A stretch of DNA of 64,000 nucleotides from Gammaproteobacteria bacterium (GTDB taxonomy: Bacteria; Pseudomonadota; Gammaproteobacteria; Poriferisulfidales; GCA-002705445): NCBI GenBank assembly GCA_018674175.1, contig JABHAT010000016.1:131440-195439 (forward strand). The letters run 5' to 3'. How positions within the stretch are numbered: the stretch's first letter is position 1; the number at the start of each line of letters is the position of its first letter. Below, piece by piece: positions 62,035 through 64,000 of this stretch. A program made the position numbers and the translations under genes. The notes under the pieces were generated by a model. The model did no database searches. It was given only the letters and a program-made list of their open reading frames with translations, and was not told where the DNA came from.

Positions 62035-62235
62035 TGTTTTATCCTCTAAATTTTTTATATGATTAAGACGTTTTTAAGATTCTTAAATTATTTTCCTGCT
62101 TCCCCTGTCATTTATACAATAAGGGTAATTTCTATGTCAACAAAAGAAACATAATAAATAAAATTAATTAATAATAATAATATTATGTTTATCTAATTAA
62201 CGGCCCTAAATACATGAAATTATTGACTTTATATA

Positions 62236-64000
62236 CTAATGCGTCAAAACATCTTTATTTTCTGTTTTTCCTGATATTTTAGTTTGAGGAAGAGTCAATC
62301 CGGTTATTGATTTTTCTAAAGCAATAGATAGAACCTCTTCAACCCACTCAACTTTTTTAATTTCAAGATTATTTTTTATATTATCCGGTATCTCAGAAAG
62401 ATCTTTTTCATTCTCTAGAGGAATTATTACAGTCTTGATTCCACCTCTTAATGCCGCTAACATTTTTTCTTTTAAACCACCAATTGGTAAAACCTGGCCA
62501 TGAAGATTTACTTCGCCAGTCATTGCCACTGATGCTTTCACTGGGTTGTCTGTTAAAGCTGAAACTAGTGATGTAGTAATCCCTACTCCAGCACTTGGTC
62601 CATCTTTTGGCACAGCCCCTTCAGGAAAATGAACATGTATATCTTTATTTTCGTAAAAATCTTTATCAATACCTAAAACTAAGGATCTTTTTCTAACAAT
62701 TGTCATTGCAGCACTAATTGATTCTTTCATTACATCACCTAGACTACCAGTTAAAATGTATTTACCTTTTCCAGGTATAACAGCTGTCTCAACACTTAAG
62801 AGTTCACCGCCAACTTCTGTCCAAGCTAAGCCATTTACAAGCCCCACAACATTTTCTTTTTCAGCCTCACCATGTTTAAATCTTTTAACACCTAAAAAAT
62901 CATTGATATTATTTTTATCTATCTTGATATTTTTAAGTTTTTTATTAAGTAAAAGCTTTTTCACAACTTTTCTACATATTTTAGAAATTTCTCTCTCAAG
63001 ATTTCTAACCCCAGCTTCTCTTGTGTAAGACCTAATCATTTCTAAAAATATATTTTTATTAAACTTTATATCTTTATCAGTAAGACCATTATTTTCTAAC
63101 TGCTTTGGCATTAAATACTTCCCTGCAATACTCTCTTTTTCATTTTCAGTATAACCTGGGATTCTAATGACTTCCATTCTATCTAGTAGTGGCCCAGGAA
63201 TATTCATAGAATTAGAAGTTGCTACGAACATAACGTCAGATAGATCAAAATCAACTTCTAGGTAGTGATCAGAAAAAGTATCATTTTGTTCAGAATCAAG
63301 AACTTCCAATAAAGCGGAAGATGGATCTCCTCTGGAATCCATGCCCATTTTATCAACCTCATCTAATAAAAATAATGGGTTTTTAACCCCAACTTTAGAA
63401 AGATTTTGCATTATTTTTCCAGGCAAGGAACCAATATATGTTCTTCTATGACCTCTTATTTCTGCCTCATCTCTAACGCCACCTAATGACATTCTAGTAA
63501 ATTTTCTTCCAGTTGCTTTGGCGATAGATTTTCCTAAACTAGTTTTACCAACTCCAGGAGGTCCTACTAAGCATAATATAGGTCCTTTTAATTTCCTTAC
63601 TCTTTGCTGGACAGCTAGATACTCTAAAATTCTTTCTTTTACTTTTTCTAAACCATGATGATCATCTTCTAGTATTTTTTCTGCTATCACTAAATCTTTA
63701 GTGACTTTACTTCTTTTTTTCCAAGGCACGTTAACTAAAACGTCTATATAATTTCTTAGAACGGAAGCTTCAGCAGACATAGGAGACATCATTTTAAGCT
63801 TGTTAACGTCCCCTTTTATTTTTTGCATTACATCTTTAGGCATTCCGGATTTAATAATTTTTTTCTCTATATCTTCAATTTCATTAGGGACATCATCCAT
63901 ATCACCTAATTCTTTTTGAATGGCTTTCATTTGCTCATTAAGATAATACTCTCTCTGACTTTTCTCCATTTGATTCTTAACTCTACCCCTAATCTTTTTT
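62236..64000 (-). CDS. lon: ATP-dependent Lon protease (C-terminal ~585 aa; N-terminus beyond window end)
   Basis: AAA+ Walker [10 protein letters not shown], Walker B LLDEVDK, and the protease active site PKDGPSAGV with the catalytic Ser. Confidence 0.95.
   Translation of the reverse strand, partial: KKIRGRVKNQMEKSQREYYLNEQMKAIQKELGDMDDVPNEIEDIEKKIIKSGMPKDVMQKIKGDVNKLKMMSPMSAEASVLRNYIDVLVNVPWKKRSKVTKDLVIAEKILEDDHHGLEKVKERILEYLAVQQRVRKLKGPILCLVGPPGVGKTSLGKSIAKATGRKFTRMSLGGVRDEAEIRGHRRTYIGSLPGKIMQNLSKVGVKNPLFLLDEVDKMGMDSRGDPSSALLEVLDSEQNDTFSDHYLEVDFDLSDVMFVATSNSMNIPGPLLDRMEVIRIPGYTENEKESIAGKYLMPKQLENNGLTDKDIKFNKNIFLEMIRSYTREAGVRNLEREISKICRKVVKKLLLNKKLKNIKIDKNNINDFLGVKRFKHGEAEKENVVGLVNGLAWTEVGGELLSVETAVIPGKGKYILTGSLGDVMKESISAAMTIVRKRSLVLGIDKDFYENKDIHVHFPEGAVPKDGPSAGVGITTSLVSALTDNPVKASVAMTGEVNLHGQVLPIGGLKEKMLAALRGGIKTVIIPLENEKDLSEIPDNIKNNLEIKKVEWVEEVLSIALEKSITGLTLPQTKISGKTENKDVLTH

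Overview
This 64 kb window is a contiguous chromosomal segment from a very AT-rich (about 30% GC by eye) gammaproteobacterium with a reduced genome. Gene order resembles E. coli and Pseudomonas. Almost everything is housekeeping and sits on the minus strand.

In coordinate order the window holds:
- A partial 2Fe-2S ferredoxin-domain gene, a GST-like gene, a tiny Fe-S protein and msrB.
- The pnp-rpsO-truB-rbfA-infB-nusA-rimP cluster.
- typA, then an initiator-type tRNA-Met.
- A complete 14-gene complex I operon, nuoN back to nuoA, with nuoC and nuoD as separate genes.
- tRNA-Leu(GAG), then secG-tpiA-glmM-ftsH-rlmE-greA-carB-carA-dapB.
- dnaJ-dnaK-grpE-hrcA, divergent from nadK-recN.
- Three tandem small membrane-protein ORFs downstream of fur, and fur itself, divergent from a bamE-like lipoprotein gene that carries an unusual C-terminal extension.
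- ratB and ratA, an SNF/NSS sodium symporter, and smpB with no ssrA beside it.
- A small ORF, then dnaQ, rnhA and a YafS-like methyltransferase.
- A yejABEF-like ABC importer, fabI, a DAACS symporter and ppiD.
- tRNA-Asp, tRNA-Val, hupB and the 3' part of lon, which runs off the window end.

No mobile elements, CRISPR arrays or recognisable defence islands are visible. The region that most deserves a second look is recN to smpB, roughly 44.8-49.4 kb. It holds the fur-linked trio of small membrane proteins and the BamE fusion. A Shine-Dalgarno-driven upstream ORF that mimics the nuoA start, and sigma-32-type promoters before dnaK and hrcA, also stand out. All calls rest on reading the translations and motifs by eye; no database search was possible.
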